Below are positions 33,231 to 47,429 of a stretch of 64,000 bases of DNA, piece by piece (the stretch's first letter is position 1; each line of letters opens with the position of its first letter). The DNA lies in contig QPGO01000027.1 in NCBI GenBank assembly GCA_008632985.1, positions 124,001 through 188,000 on the forward strand, written 5' to 3'. This stretch comes from Psammoneis japonica. Its lineage: Eukaryota. Both the position numbers and the translations under genes were made by a program. The notes beneath the pieces are model-generated. The model searched no databases, was not told the origin of the DNA, and worked only from the letters and a program-made list of their open reading frames with translations.

Positions 33231-36200
33231 ATGGACGCTTCTTCCGCAGAGACGCCTTCGTCTCCTAAGCGTCCTCGTATGGCCAGTGCAAGCGAAACGA
33301 CTCCTCTTCAACGCCCTCCTGTAAGGAATCCGTACTCGTCATCAAAGCCCAAAACTGCTGCTGTAGCTTCAAAGCAACATACCGTTGATTCCGACGTTGA
33401 AATGCTCTCTCCTCCACCGAAAATAAGCAATGTTGCTACAGCCAGTACCAACGTTGATGACGACGAAGTCATTGTGGAGTCGAGTAACGTCACCAATCCC
33501 ATCGTGGTTTATCCGCACGCTCGTCATGACTGCGGTGTGCATAAGTATGAGGACGGTTCCAAGGAGAAATATTGTAAGAATTGTTTTTGCATCAAGTGCA
33601 ACAAACCAGCCAGTCTATGCAGTCAGTGGAAAGAGCATTGTCAGTTTGTACCGAAAAAGAGCGCTCCTAAAGACCTTGAAGATGACAGTGACGACAATGA
33701 CGAGAACGTTGTTGTTCCTTACGCCGAATTCCAACGGTTGCAGAGCCATACTGGTATGCATCACCAAAGTATTATGCATGCTGTGCGTCAAAATCTTTCC
33801 GTGATGCAACAGCATTATCCCAACAGAAGAAGGACAGGAGGAGAAACATATACTCGTTCCAATCAACAAATGCGTATTACCGAAGTTTTATCTCAGAAAT
33901 TGGCTGAGCTCGTTCAACCTTCGCAGAATAAGGAGATGGAGGGCGACATCGCACAACTAAATCTCCACAAAGCCTTCTTTATGCAGAGTGTCCGTGTTGG
34001 ATGGCCCGTAAGTGAACAGGAATGCATGCATGCGTGCCGTCTAGTTTTGTTCTTTTGAACATCTCTCACATCATGTCCTATTCCTTTTATCTAGTTTCCC
34101 ATGATTATGAAACCCCAACGTGAGATGGCTTTCCACTTGATCCGAGCTTTGAAAAATTCACACCACGTCGTGCTGGAAAGCCCCACCGGCACAGGGAAAA
34201 GTGTAGCGATCCTTTGTGCCGTCTTGGCTTGGCAGCGTTATCACGCCAAGACCCACCCCAACGACGAAAAGCAGCCAAGAATTATTTATTGCAGTCGGAC
34301 ACACTCGCAAGTGGCTCAAATGGTGGCGTCTCTCAAGAAAACACCATACCGTCCTCGCATGGCTGTACTGGGGAGTCGAGATCGTCTCTGTATTCACAAG
34401 TCACTTGTTCCTCGCGACGGCAGCGATCCACCTACGAATAAGATCAATGTCAATCGAGAATGCCAAGTGCGGGTATCCAATACGGAAAAAATCCGCCGAA
34501 GGCTTGCCAAATCAGAAGACTTTTTTTATGAGGACGATAATCCTCCGGTAGATTTACCAAGTGACGGTTGCGGCACCAGCAATGTCGACCAGAGCTCTCA
34601 AGACGATGACGACGGTGGCAATAACCCAAACAGTTCGGGTTGGATCATGTCGCACAACAAAAAGAAGCCCACCTGCCCACACTATCGACAGCTTTCTACT
34701 CAGCGCCACGCCAGCATGGCCAATGAGCGATTCCTCAAGTCGCAGTGCTGTAGCGTTGGAGGAGAAGAAACAAAAGCGGGAGTTCACGACATTGAAGACT
34801 TGGTAAGCTTTGGAATGAACCCACACAAGGAAAAGGGTGTAGCATTGTACCGAGAGACGGGTTATGGCTCTTTCAAAATGGCCATTGCGAGCGACGAGAA
34901 GAATGGCGGCTGCGTGGTGGACGCGGTACACAAGGGTGGTGCGGGTGAAAAAGCAAGTCGCGTCAAGCCAAAGGATCGTATTCTCTCCGTCAACGGTAGG
35001 GATGCGCGAGATATGCGGCTGGACCAAGTAACGAGTGCAATCGTGAATACGACGAAAGATCCCCTCTTGCTGGATTTGCTTCATGCATCGGGTGACAATG
35101 AAGAAGAAGACGAAGACTACTCGTCGCATGCGGCGTGTCCGTACTACTTGTCGAGGGCGCTGAGCAAACACGCCCAGCTCATTTTTGCTCCGTATAATTA
35201 CATTCTGGACCCGTCAATTCGTTCCTTCCTCGAAATTGATTTGGAAGGAGCGGTGGTTGTTCTGGATGAGGCACACAACGTCGAAGACACACTGAAAGAG
35301 AGTGGCTCTGGAAAGTTTGGAGAAGTGGAGCTCTGTGAGATCGTTTCCTTGCTTGCGCACTATTCAAGTGCGCAAAAGCATGCCTTTAATCAAGTTGAGG
35401 TGGAGGGTGAAGAAAAAGAAAAGGATCTGTCTGAAGTAGCGCATGCACTGCTCTTATTTTTCGAAAAACTCGTACTGTATATGACCAAGCACAAGAAGTC
35501 TTTTGAGGCAAGCCCCGGTCGAAATGGGGCTGTTGCCGCCATTGCCGAGTACCGAAAGTTTCACACACCCGACGACCACGAGTTTGAGATGAAGTACAAT
35601 GGCCCGACAGGTCACGGTGTCATGAACAAGGCAGTCGGCTGCAAACCTTTTTTTGACGAATTGCAGATATCTCAAGATGATATGAATCAGTTGGTGGCAT
35701 ATGCCGCCGCAATGGACAGTCACGTTGGAGGACGCCAAGAAAATGAAAACTCCGAAAACGATAGGGGTGGTACAAAAACCATTATGGATAGAATGAGTGA
35801 ATTGGTTTCGAAGTTCTTTCACGCCACCCAAGCCCCAGAGTGAGTTAATCCCGAACGTCGTTGCATAGCAGGGTTTGAATGAACTCATCTTTTGATTGGT
35901 TGTTAAAGGCATTTCTATGTCTCGTGCGTTGCGCAGGCGAACGGTAATCTGGACTTTGCGTCAGGGGAGGATGAAGAAGGAGATTCGTCTCCAGCCAGAA
36001 ATGGAGGGAATCGATTCCAGAAGAAACCCAAGTCGTTACCCTATACCCACCCTCGAAGCGCTGTACAACCTCATATCCCTGTTCCTGTTTGTGTGCACCC
36101 GGGCTGTCGTAAGCATAACTATGCTTTGGGAGAAGGCGTGCGTCATGGAAATTTCTGTAATGGTTCCACTCCAAAGTGGGAGGCCCATCTTGTCCTGAAG

Positions 36201-37793
36201 CTATTGTCTCCTGGGCACTTGATGAACGACATGACGAGTCAATGCCGCACGGTAGTTCTTGCGAGTGGAAGTCTTGCTCCGATTCCATCACTATGTGGAG
36301 AACTCAATCTCTTCCCCCCCAAAGAACCGACACAAGCAAAAGTAGCCGCAGACACCAAGCCATGTAGCGCAACTCCATCGAAGGAGGAAGTTGGTAGATT
36401 GCAAGTCAAACCAAAGCCACTAGAAGCTGACCATGTCATTGACTTGCCCAAGCAGCTGTTTGCTGTCAGCGTTGGTCATTTCCCAGACGGCAGTCCTCTC
36501 ACGGTGACCCATAGCAACTACAAGCATAAAGAGTTTTATCCAAAGCTTGGCGATGCAATCGCAACTGTCATCGAGGCCATTCCTCGAGGTGGTGTCCTCG
36601 TCTTCTTTCCGAGCTACAGTTTCCTTAGGAATTGCATCAAGTGTTGGAATCCGTACCAAGACCGGAGTCGATTAAACTTTGGCTACAACATTAACGAATG
36701 TCCCGAGATTTGGGAGCGCTTTAAGGCATGTAAAGGGAAAGTTATTGTTGAGCCAACGGGAAGTCAAGAGAAGTTCGAGGAAGCGAAGCGGGAGTACACG
36801 GACAAGATCAAACGCGACGGAAACTGCATTCTACTAGCTGTTTTTCGTGGCAAAATGTCTGAGGGCATTAGCTTTAACGATGACAATGCTCGCGGGGTGA
36901 TTTGTGTTGGATTGGTGAGTCAACTTGAGCTTTGCTTTTGCTACTCAATTACATGCTCGCATTACTCATTTACAGCAACGTTTGCGTCGTAGCCGTTCCC
37001 CAATTCATTTGACCGAGCCGTTCAGGCAAAGAGGGCGTATAACGACGAACAACGAAAGCTCAAGGGGCGAACTTCGCTGCTACCGGGAATGGACTGGTAT
37101 TCACAACAGGCCTACAGAGCGATCGCTCAGGCGCTGGGAAGATGTATCCGCCATGCTGCTGACTACGGCACGGTCGTGTTGATGGATGCACGCCACTGTG
37201 ATGACGGATCTCCCATTGACGGTGTTTGCGCGGCTCATCGTAGTCTTCCAAAGTGGATGAGACACCACGTTCGGACGCTCCGCATGGGAAGAAATAATTT
37301 CGCCTATGGTGGCGGTACGAATAACGGAGCCATCGTCGGTGGCTACGCCGGGCTCTCGAGAGAGTTAAAGAGTTTCTTCACCCATGCTCCAAAGCATTCT
37401 CAAGAGGTAATTGACCACTGTCAGAAAGCTTTCGAAGACGCGAGAGACAAAGAGAAAAAGGTTATTGGACATTGTTTTGACAGCAAAACTGGAGAGTGGA
37501 AGGAGAAGAATACAAAGACGGGCAACGCGTCCAAGAAGCCCGTGAACGTAGCCGCCAAGAAGGAGGGTTCCGTGTTGCCTTTCTTCAAGATTACTCAAGA
37601 CAGTCCAAAAGGTCCTGAGAAGGTCGACTTGACAGAATCGCCAGTCCAGGCTGGCACTCCGCTGAGCACTCCTAGCAGTGCGTCCACTGCACCTGCCGCT
37701 CCCGTCTCCACGTCACCCTATGTTGAGCCGACAGCAAATAGCAAGCAGCCTCAACAAGACGAAAACACTCCAACGAATCTCTTGCGAAAATAA
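33231..37793 (+). CDS. XPD/DinG-family Fe-S DNA helicase, FANCJ/RTEL1-like; introns at about 34007-34094, 35840-35936, 36914-36991
   Basis: ESPTGTGKS, YCSRTHSQ, SRDRLC, CPYY, DEAHNVED, SGSL, FFPSY, RGKMSEGISF, QALGRCIRH. Confidence 0.95.
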
Positions 37794-37815
37794 ATTAACT
37801 TATGAAATCCAATCG

Positions 37816-39464
37816 TTACAGACTCTTGTGCATCTTTTCCGCTTCACCCTGTGATATTTGCACGCGCCATTCCTTTGTAAAGGAACGCAGAGACTGAAGA
37901 AACCCGTCCGTTGCCCTGGCATTACTGTCGCTGGACTCGAGAAGCTGTGCATAGTCTTCAGGACGCAGCTCGCCAATGTAGAACGATTTGAGATACACAA
38001 ACGATTGTCGGGACACATGATAGAGCTCAAAGAAAACGGTTGCGTCCACATTTAGCGCCTGCGTAGGAATAATGGTCGGTCCACCAGGGTGTTCGTCAAT
38101 CCAACGGGTGATATCCAAAACCATTCCATCTATAATCAAGAGTAACTCTCCTCCAATCTCGTTGCGCAACTTCACCTCAGAGAAAGGAATATACGAATTC
38201 CGTCGTACTCTGGAATCAAATGTCGATACTTGCTTTCGACACAAATCGGATAAGGATTCGATTCCGAGAAAGTCGGCGGCATCGGCCAGGGCAGTGTTTT
38301 CGGACAGCTCTGGCACAAACTTGTTTTGCGGGTATACAAGAGACGTGAGATACAGCAAAACCCGGTCGAATACATGGCAATCAATATCAACTTTACAATG
38401 AGGACGGCCATCGTCTGTTGGAGCATCTTCACTCCGCACTTCATCAGAAAGCGTGGGTATTTCGTTCTTGTACTTGCCTCGTCCAGCTTGAACGTAGCGT
38501 GTGAGTTGCAAACACGGCGCTAACAGTAACCTGCGCACGGGAAACCATTCACCATCGCGAGTGGTGACTAGTAAGAAAGAAAAAAGGAGTTGAGACGAGG
38601 AGTTGTAGACCGACACGAATATAGTATGCTGACGTTGTGATACGTACCGTGAACAACATCGGAAGGCATCTTTCCCTTGGGGAATGGGCGTTTTTTTTTC
38701 CCGGATATTTCCAACGCAGAGGAGCTTCCACCGGATACCGAAACAAAAAACTCAGTATCCACAATCACTTGTCCTCGGAATGGGTCGTCCATTGTAGCGT
38801 CTTCCAAGGAGAGTACAGCCTCCTCTCCGTCTGCATGGATGCGGACCTCAGCAATTCGACACACCAACTCTACCTCATCTTCTTCCACTAAAATCAGTTC
38901 GTTTGTTGTCAAGATCGATTGATAGGTGCAAGACATGAGCTGCTTTATAATCGCTGCAGATGGCACCTGAATGGGATCGTCGTCCTCGTCACTGTGATGT
39001 CGCAAAGAAACCTCCACAAGAACTGCAGATAAAGCATCGTACCGGTAGCCATCTCTACCCGACGGCCGAGAACAGCACGTTACGTTGTATGTTGTATCCT
39101 CGCATACCTTATGTGTATGTCGGTGAACTTCGGACAGATACAAAACGTCATTTGATTCATCTTGCAGCAACAAAACTCGTAAAATCAAAACGGGCACCTC
39201 GTGAAAATGAATGAGAATCACGTCACTACTGTCGTTGTCGGTCTGCTCCTTGTGTCGCTGCAAAAGTGCCTGCCCCGACGGCCCGCCACAAGCAACTAAA
39301 CATGCATGCTGTCCATTCAGCTTGGACTGGATGTGGGTCGGAGCCTTCTCCAGAGCCTCGACGCGAAAGGGAATGCCTTGTTCAGAAAAGTCGCGGAAGA
39401 GGTGGTTTCTGGATTCGAAGCGACGGTGGCGTCTCCACACGGTTACGTCGTCTATTCGGACCAT
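37816..39464 (-). CDS. Protein with BTB-like region and C-terminal cytochrome b5 heme-binding domain; multi-exon
   Basis: DIDCHVFDRVLLYL..LADAADFLGIESLSDLC; IIDGMVLDITRWIDEHPGG..DATVFFELYH. Confidence 0.8.
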
Positions 39465-39559
39465 TCACAGCAGCTTTGAACATAATCAAGGTACTTCACT
39501 GTAGTTGCCGGTGTGCTGAATGGTGGAAGAGCTATGAGTTATAACACAACACAACATTG

Positions 39560-39877
39560 TTGTGGTTGGTTCAATCAAATCAATCAACGCAATAAAAAAC
39601 CGCAATGTGATGGATGCCACGGTCTGTCTGCTGCTCGCTGTCGGGACTCAATCGCCGCGCAAGTCGATCGACACATTGGTGCCCTCTCTGCAACATTGCT
39701 CTCGACTCTGTCTTCTCTTGTGGCTGATGCACTCTCAGTTTGACTCTCTGGTAGAAGAAATGGAGTAATTTATGAGATCCCCAGACTTGTGAGCTCCAGC
39801 CAGAGAGCAGCAAAACACAGTGCGGGGTGTGTGCAGAGCACACAATCTCACTCAGCAGGCTCTTCCTTGCTGCTGCT

Positions 39878-39912
<35 letters not shown>

Positions 39913-40720
39913 CTGCACATCAAGAGAGTGTGCATGGCAATGTTGATGAAAGAAGAGAGTGGGTGCTGTTGCAGTTTGTTCTGACTCTTGCAGCATTGCA
40001 GCAGCTGCCACCAACAACTTCGCGCTCTTCAAAGAAAGCTGAAGCCAAGATGCCTTTGCCCAGCCATGCAGCGAGAATGATGTTGTTGGCGGGCTTCCAT
40101 GCTCTGGCAACTCTCCAGCAAAAAACAACTGCTGTTGGTGGTCTGTTGTTGCACATCTTGTGCATCTCAGGGGCCGTGCCACACATCAGCTCCTGTGCTG
40201 CGAGTGCGCAGGCTGCGCACATTGTGGCACGCTGGGGGCAAAGTCAGCCCAGCAGCAGACATTTCAGCTGTGTGGTGTTTGTGCCCATTCCAACTGATGG
40301 TGTGCAATAATGCAGAGAACAGCCTGAGAGTTTTCACACCATGGCTGTTCAACATTTGGAGGGGTGGCCACATCTCATGGCACAAGAACAAGGTGTTGCT
40401 GGCACCACCCTCTCTCTGCGGGAGCTGGGTGATCTCTTCCAAGCAAGTGGAGGAGCAAGGCCAGCCACCAAGAGCAATCCAAGTGCACAGCAGCTGCAGC
40501 ACTGTGGTGCATTGCCATTTTGTGTCTCATGGGAAGATGCAGAACCAAACCCTGGCGAGCAGGGCGCAGCAACTCACAAGCCAGGTCCTGCCTGCAACAG
40601 CTGTCTGTCTGTCTGTCAAGCATCTCGCACCTCACAAAGCTGTCCGTACGTCGCACGTCCGAAGCATTCAACGGTTGCTTCGCAAACATTTTGTCGTGAT
40701 CCATCTGGCAGCTGACGTCA
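39560..40720. other. Short TpA-depleted island between normal genes, probably a TE/repeat remnant
   Basis: Composition switch, (CT)n tract, nearly Tyr-free ORFs. Confidence 0.8.
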
Positions 40721-41258
40721 TGTGTACGTCAGTGACTGGTACAACTCTACGGTGAAACTCCGTGAGGCCTTTTCAATCACGAAATGTGCGGGCTCGCGGA
40801 AGCAGAATCACAAATTGATTGCAATTGCGCACCCTCTTCTTTTCAAAAGTACAACTCAAAGCTCAAGAGAAATCGTTGATTGCGGTGTTGTACTCGTTGG
40901 ATCGTCGCTTGAATTTTCAGAGCAAGAGAGACCTTTTCTTTGGCAGATTGCTCGTGCGTTTTCCTTGTGACGCCAATCCTGTCGTCGATTCCCGCCACGA
41001 CTTGACAGTTCTTGCGAAAAGAACCCGCGACCAGAGATTCCTATTTCTCTACGTGAATCTTACCTACGATTGGAATCTTGCGTGAGAGGAATCTTGCGAA
41101 TCTGACGTGTCGAACCTTCGACTGTGTTCTCGCACCAAGTCATTTGCCACCAACGCAGATTGATTCGAGACTTGAGAACACCAGAGCACATTACATTTTG
41201 CAAGAGATAGACGTACCCAACAAGAAGCAGAGCAAGTACATATATAAATATCGCACAC

Positions 41259-44160
41259 ATGAGTGTCTCTTCGGTAGATTCCTTGGCTGATTCTGGTTTC
41301 GAGGACAACATTGAAATGAAGGCTGAAAGTCGAGAACAGAGTCCGCTCATCAAGAGGAGTTACTCACCACGACATTATGAACCAGTGCCACGAAGAGCAC
41401 CCGTTGGTGCCTTGCCCCGCGTCGATGAGGCGGATGATGAAGATGAAGAGGACCCGGTAAGTTTGTTCTAGCGGTTGATGGATGCTTATTTACGTCGTAT
41501 GCCGTAGCTGACCTTTCTGCATGTGTCAAACCTTATACATTTCTCCATAGATCTTGGAAGTTATGGATCGAATTGAAGATGAAGTAGATGGCAATCTTTA
41601 CAATGAGTTGGTACCTCTTCATGTCAAACTTGCGCTGGAAGAAAACGTGTTTGGATGGTCGCACTTGATGTCTGATATCTTCGGCCACATTATGTTTACC
41701 GCGGGGTACTATGCTGTCACATACGCGGTGATTACACAGATTTGTTGGAAGCGAAACGATGAACTGCGATGGAACATGTCTGAAGATTTCTTTAGATCCC
41801 TGAGATTATTCTTGAGCTTTCTGGCGGGCTTGTCGGGATTCCGAACTGTGAGGAGACGACGAAAGGTGTGGCTGCGAGCACCCTATGGTACACAAGAGTA
41901 TGAACGAGATGAACTTAGACGACGTCAGTCGGTGGAAGAATCCGATCGAACAACACTGTTGGGACGGATAAGACGAAGAAGAGATGGCTGGCTGGAACGA
42001 CGTGTGCAACGAAAGATTTCAAGGCAAGCAACAGATTTGAGAAACGGATGATGCGTAAGAGCGGACGCACGATGCGCGTTTTACCCCCACGGAGTGATAA
42101 CGAGTTTTCTGCCAGGGGGAGAACCTTGTCGGACGGTGACCAGAGCTTGGGATCCCTGTCTAGTATGAAGAGAAAGCCAAGATTTCGTACTGACCGGCCT
42201 TTGGGTTTAGACCAGCCGGCTGGACGCAGAGGTCACACTGGCGCCACCGAAACCATTGAGTCAATTGCGCACGATCAAATCCTTTTCAAGCCTGGTCCCA
42301 TTCTCAACATGCCATATGCACATGGAGGATTCTTTGGAGCTGCCCCTTTCATGCTGCAAATCCATACTGGATTGATATTTTACGACATTTAATGCCCGAT
42401 GTCTACGTTGAGATATCGCGGCGTGTGGTGTACGCACCAGCGCCAAACCTTATCCACTGGGCCGAAAACAATCCAGTGGTTGCCGCATATGGGACGCACA
42501 TGAATTAGAATACAACGGAAGAGTACCAAACATTGAGTGGGACGTCTTTCTTGATCCCCATCTTGTACGAAGAGTGGAATTGGTTTTAGACGAACGAGAC
42601 AAGTTTCTCAGGTCGTGTACCCCGTCGACATCAACGACGAGCGATTCTAATGCACAGGCAATAGCGACAGAAGCTGAAGCTTTCATGACACAAGGAGAGA
42701 GAACTATTTATCTTTACTACGAGGCCGAAATCCGTCGCAGGACGCAGTTGCTCGTCGACCGTATGTTGATTGCCCACGGCAATTTGACCCAGCTCATTTG
42801 GGAGCAGACTGGCATAGCCAAGAAGTACAACTTTTCCCGCATCAAGCGAACACGTCGGACGCTTGGAGGTGGTATTTATGCCAGACAATGGCTTGCCGTT
42901 TACGCTGAAGCTCTGAAAATGGGTATGTGCGACGACGACGAAGTGACAGAAACGACACAGGAAGACCGATCATTGTACTGGACAGGATCATCTGATTCGA
43001 CGTATCGACCACCGCGTCATCAGACGATGAACTCGATGTGATGACTCCAACGATGGTGCCGAGATTGGCGCTCAGACCACTGGCTGTAGCAGTTCCGAAG
43101 GCGAAGAATCAAATGTCGCGAGACTGAAGAGGAGTTCGTCAGAACCTTCTCTCGAAGATTTGAAACACCAAGATGCCCCAGCTTCCTCTATCTCCTACCA
43201 CTCCAACAAAAACATTTATCTACCACCGCTTAAAGGTGACCTCTTTCCCCCGAAATCCAGGATACCACACCCAGCAGCGAAAGAGAATTTCGTCGCAAGC
43301 ACAGCACGTCTCTCTTTGAGTTGGCGGGATCTAAATGCCCGGACACGTCACTTGCAAGCTCGATTACCATGCTGAAGAACATCATGCAGTGCAATGCGCC
43401 GATTGGGCTGTTTCTTGATATCAAGTCGCGCCATGTCTCCAAGCGGATCTGGGCGCTTGTTGTAGACGCCCTTCGCGAGGCAGGAGCACGTGTAGAGGGA
43501 GTTTGTTCTTTCTACTCTGCTGATATTCGGGTGTTAGCGACTACTGCTCGACACCGGTGAAGGAAGTGATCTTCTTCCATTCTGCCGGTGATCTGCAGCA
43601 AGCGTGCCATGACGGTAGCGTTCAACGCGGAGACACCGTTTGTTCAACGGAGGCAGCCTCCTCTGGGATTCTCCCGAGTATTCAGATCTTCCTCGATTCG
43701 AAGAACTTGTTTCTCCACATTTGACCCAATGATTGCCAAGGGCAAGTACAAGTTTCTCCCCTGCGCTCGCGTCACTAGAACTGACGGCGACACGTCCGAA
43801 TCAAAGCAGTCCGATTGCAGCACAGCCTCACACGATCGTGATCGTCTCTTGGCTGACCCCGGCCTGTACAACGGCGGCAGCACAGTCCAGTACTACAAAG
43901 AAAAGTACGGCCTTTCCATCGGATTGTACGTGCAGGAGTTTTCGATTGATGAGGCTGCATTAACATGCTCGTGAAACTTGCAAACGAGAACCAGCACATC
44001 TATAATCTTGGATTAAGTTGGGGAGGAGTAAACGGCGTACTGTCCGGGGAATCCAACCAGGAAGATTCACCAATACTGACGGCTTCTGGAATCAGAGATA
44101 TCTTGGCGCAGCTTGGGATCCATGCCTTTTCCCAAGTGAAGATCATGTCGACTGAGTTCG
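41259..44160 (+). CDS. Unknown membrane protein with several apparent frameshifts; C-terminal part weakly GDPD/TIM-barrel-like
   Basis: Chain of collinear ORFs, intron 41457-41550, GLFLDIKSR and IGLYVQE segments; normal composition. Confidence 0.55.
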
Positions 44161-45210
44161 CGCTAACGTTACCTCTTAGATTTTTGCGTGATAGCAAATG
44201 TGGACTGAAATGTGGCCATACCATGCTAGAAAGAGCTTTCAACCTGTTCCTCCGATTGACACTCTAGATTCTAGGTACTAGGATTCAAAGTGAAAACTTA
44301 AGCTAACTAGAGAGTGTTAGAGAGAAAAGAGTCTTAAGCACCACTTAGGCTACAAAGAAGAGCCAAATGCACCGATGAGCTAGAAAGTTAACACCACCAG
44401 TTGTTGCACCTCAGGCTTTTTACATTACCAGTAACCCCGAAACAACCGAAACAGAGGCTACCTGCAGTTGGCGCACAGGTGGTGGTCACATTAGGTCACA
44501 AACTCAATCGTTCGCATTCCGAAGGCTAGCCGTCAAGGTTTACAAAACATCTCTTCATGAAGGCAGGAAATCCTTTCTATGATGTACTGTTCTGGACTCT
44601 AGAATCCTAGTTTCATGGAGGATTACACCTTGCACTGCCACAACGAACAAAACTATAAACTAGAGAGTTCACGAGTGCGGGAATTCCAGTGCACCGCAAT
44701 ACAACACAAAAATATACTCACAAGACCAGGCACCTAGGAACGGACTCTTCAATCTCCTCTCACTAGAGTGAAGAAATTTACTGTACGAGTGAGTCTCTTA
44801 GATTGGCCGATCTAGACTAGAATGGTACTTTTTTCCTTGAATATTTCTCGGTAGAGTCACGATGAATCGATTCAGAGTCACGTTAAAAACAGGCTGGTTT
44901 ACCCTCTCGTAGGACAACACAAGGGTTGGGGAAAGTTGTGCCAGCCAAATAGCAATCGCTACTTGCAACTACTTGAACAGTCAAAAGTGCTACTCTACAG
45001 GTGGAACCGCGATGTATTCCAATGGATTATTAAGTCTTAATAAGTATGATGTTGGTAGATGGTGATGACTGATAGCGTGTGTTTCTTGTGCAATGCGAGG
45101 TGGAAGCTAATGCGATAGGGAGTGCGGGGGAAATGTAGGATGTAGCCAAAGTTGTAGGTCTCTTGATAGGGTAACTCTTGTAGCATGCAAGTAGGGTGAG
45201 ATGCGGCGTC

Positions 45211-45737
45211 TTAAGCAATGTCCTCATGGCCTCTGTAAGGTGCGGCAGCACGTCAGGGTCTGCGAGAAAGTCTAGACAGGACATGGGTCCATAGTGATGG
45301 TATGTATCAAGAAAGAGAGCCACAGCATCGCTGCGCTTCTGTACCGGAATCATTTCATCGAGTCGCTGAATCGTTTCAGGCGACAAGAGTCCATGGGCGG
45401 TTGGGAATCTCGGCAGTGTATCGCAGCTCGCCAAAACTGAATTTGACAGCTCGGAACTCGTACGTACGTGTTCCTTCTTGACGGACCCTTTTTGGCTCTG
45501 CTGAAAGGAAGACAGTATCTTCTGTCCCACCATTGGTGCCGTCTGGGTAGTAGGTGTTGATGGAGGAACGTACATGGTCATATTACGTCGTCTTGGGCTG
45601 AACCATATTCTCGTAGTCATTCTTTTTTGAACCGCTAATCGACCGGTACTCGTGCGGCTTACAAAGCCATGGGAGACACTAGCACACAACGACAAGACCA
45701 CTGCGACAAGCAAACATCGACCAAGCCAATTCGTCAT
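45211..45737 (-). CDS. Unknown protein with signal peptide and probable plastid transit peptide
   Basis: MTNWLGRCLLVAVVLSLCASVSHG-FV; true stop uncertain (ORF as written runs to 45030). Confidence 0.6.
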
Positions 45738-46662
45738 GCTCTTGGGTATTTTAGTTGTAATGAGTTGGAATAGTAAAGAATTGATGGCCAGCGATGAAAC
45801 ACAACGGACTGCCACGCAGAAAGCCTTCTGATTTGCCTCTCCTGCGCAACTTTGATGGCAAATCTTTCGTGTCCTGTGATTGGCTGATCACACTTGAATT
45901 TGTGGCTGGGGTTGTTGCAACTCCGATAAAACCGTTATTCTCGTGATGTGGTGCGACGCGCTTATTTATAGAAAGAAAGCCGTGACGTCAAAACTGACAG
46001 AAAAGAACAAACCAATTGCCCCTCAAAAATACCGCGCGATCAATGAGCGAGGAGCTTTTGTTCTTGCGGCGATTATCAACGTGAAACCTCAAATCAACCA
46101 GATTACAATGATCACAGAAGATATTGTATCCAAACGGTATGCTCCGACGGGTTTCAGTGGTTTGACAGAAGTGGCGGCGACGGAAGGGATTGCAATGGCG
46201 TTCTGCAGCAGCCTTTTTCTCACTTCACGCGATGGCGGCGGAAGGAGTGCGGTGCATACATGCGGTGGATCCAAATTTTCTGCGTCAGTGGTATCCACGT
46301 ATTTTTCTGTAATGACTCTACATACGATATGCGTGGTACATTTCGTACTGATCATTCTTATTTAGGGTGATTAGAATTGCTCTCCTCTCATTGGTGAATA
46401 TTTCTAAAAGATGACACACACGTTTTGTAATGAATGAGTGATGACATAATGACTTCTTAGAATGACGATCCTTTCTATTATTGCGTGGTTGAAGCTTCAA
46501 ATCACGAGTTCTTTCGAAAAAATTGACCTGTGCGAGCGCGCGTTTCAGTCATGCCACGCACGTCATGCTGGCGTGTGCACGTCGACTTCATTTTTTCCTG
46601 CCGACCGGCCGACAACGTTCAATTCCTTTCTCATTTTCTGTTCTTCAATAGAGTGAGGGACA

Positions 46663-47429
46663 ATGAAGACCTTTCTTGCATGCGGCGCTTTCGCCGCTAT
46701 TGCAGTTCACACCCATGGATTTGTTGCCCCTAGCTCAGTTCAGACGAAAGGGTCAGAGTTGAACATGGGAATGTTTGACAGTTTCAGGGGAGGCGGAAAC
46801 AATAACCTCGATGAAGAGGTAAGCAGCGCATTGCCCTGTGTTTTTTACGAGTTCGATGGCATTACCTCCGAAACAAGACAGTTCGGAATGTGTTATCTTA
46901 TTTTGCTGGTTGTAGTATGTCTCATTTTGCGTCATTCATTTTGCAGTGGGAAAAGCAGCAGGAGATTCTTCGTAATCGTCGAAAGCCAAAGGAAGAGCGT
47001 GATGCGTACTTTGCACAGGTGGAAAAGAGACGAGAGGAGGCTTCCAAGAAGCAACGCGACAATTGGGCGTGGCAAACTAAAACTTACAAAAAGGGTGAGG
47101 ATCCCATCAATGAATGGAAGAAACGCCGTGCCAGTGGCGTCATTTCGGATCTTGACGATCAATACGGTGATCCCAAGAAAATTGGAGGTATTCCGTTGCC
47201 TGGTGCGTCGTTTGGAGTCGGTGGTGAATTCGGCGTAGGTGGCAAATTCGATAACGGAGGAAGATTCGATTTGAGACTTCCCTATGCTGATCAGGGCTAT
47301 GTTGACGAAGATGCAGATATCATGGGAAAGATTGGAAATCTCTTTGGCGGAAAAAAGAAGCAGCCGGAAAAGGCACCCGAACCTGCAAAGACAGAGCCCA
47401 AAAAGAACAAGTGGCCCTGGGAACAGTAA
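46663..47429 (+). CDS. Unknown plastid-targeted protein, one intron (about 46819-46945)
   Basis: MKTFLACGAFAAIAVHTHG-FVAP; GTAAGC...TTGCAG intron joins LDEE to WEKQQE. Confidence 0.8.

Noticed and set aside
45943..46365. 140-aa ORF between divergent genes
   Set aside because: Non-ATG start, no recognisable features, lies in a likely promoter region.
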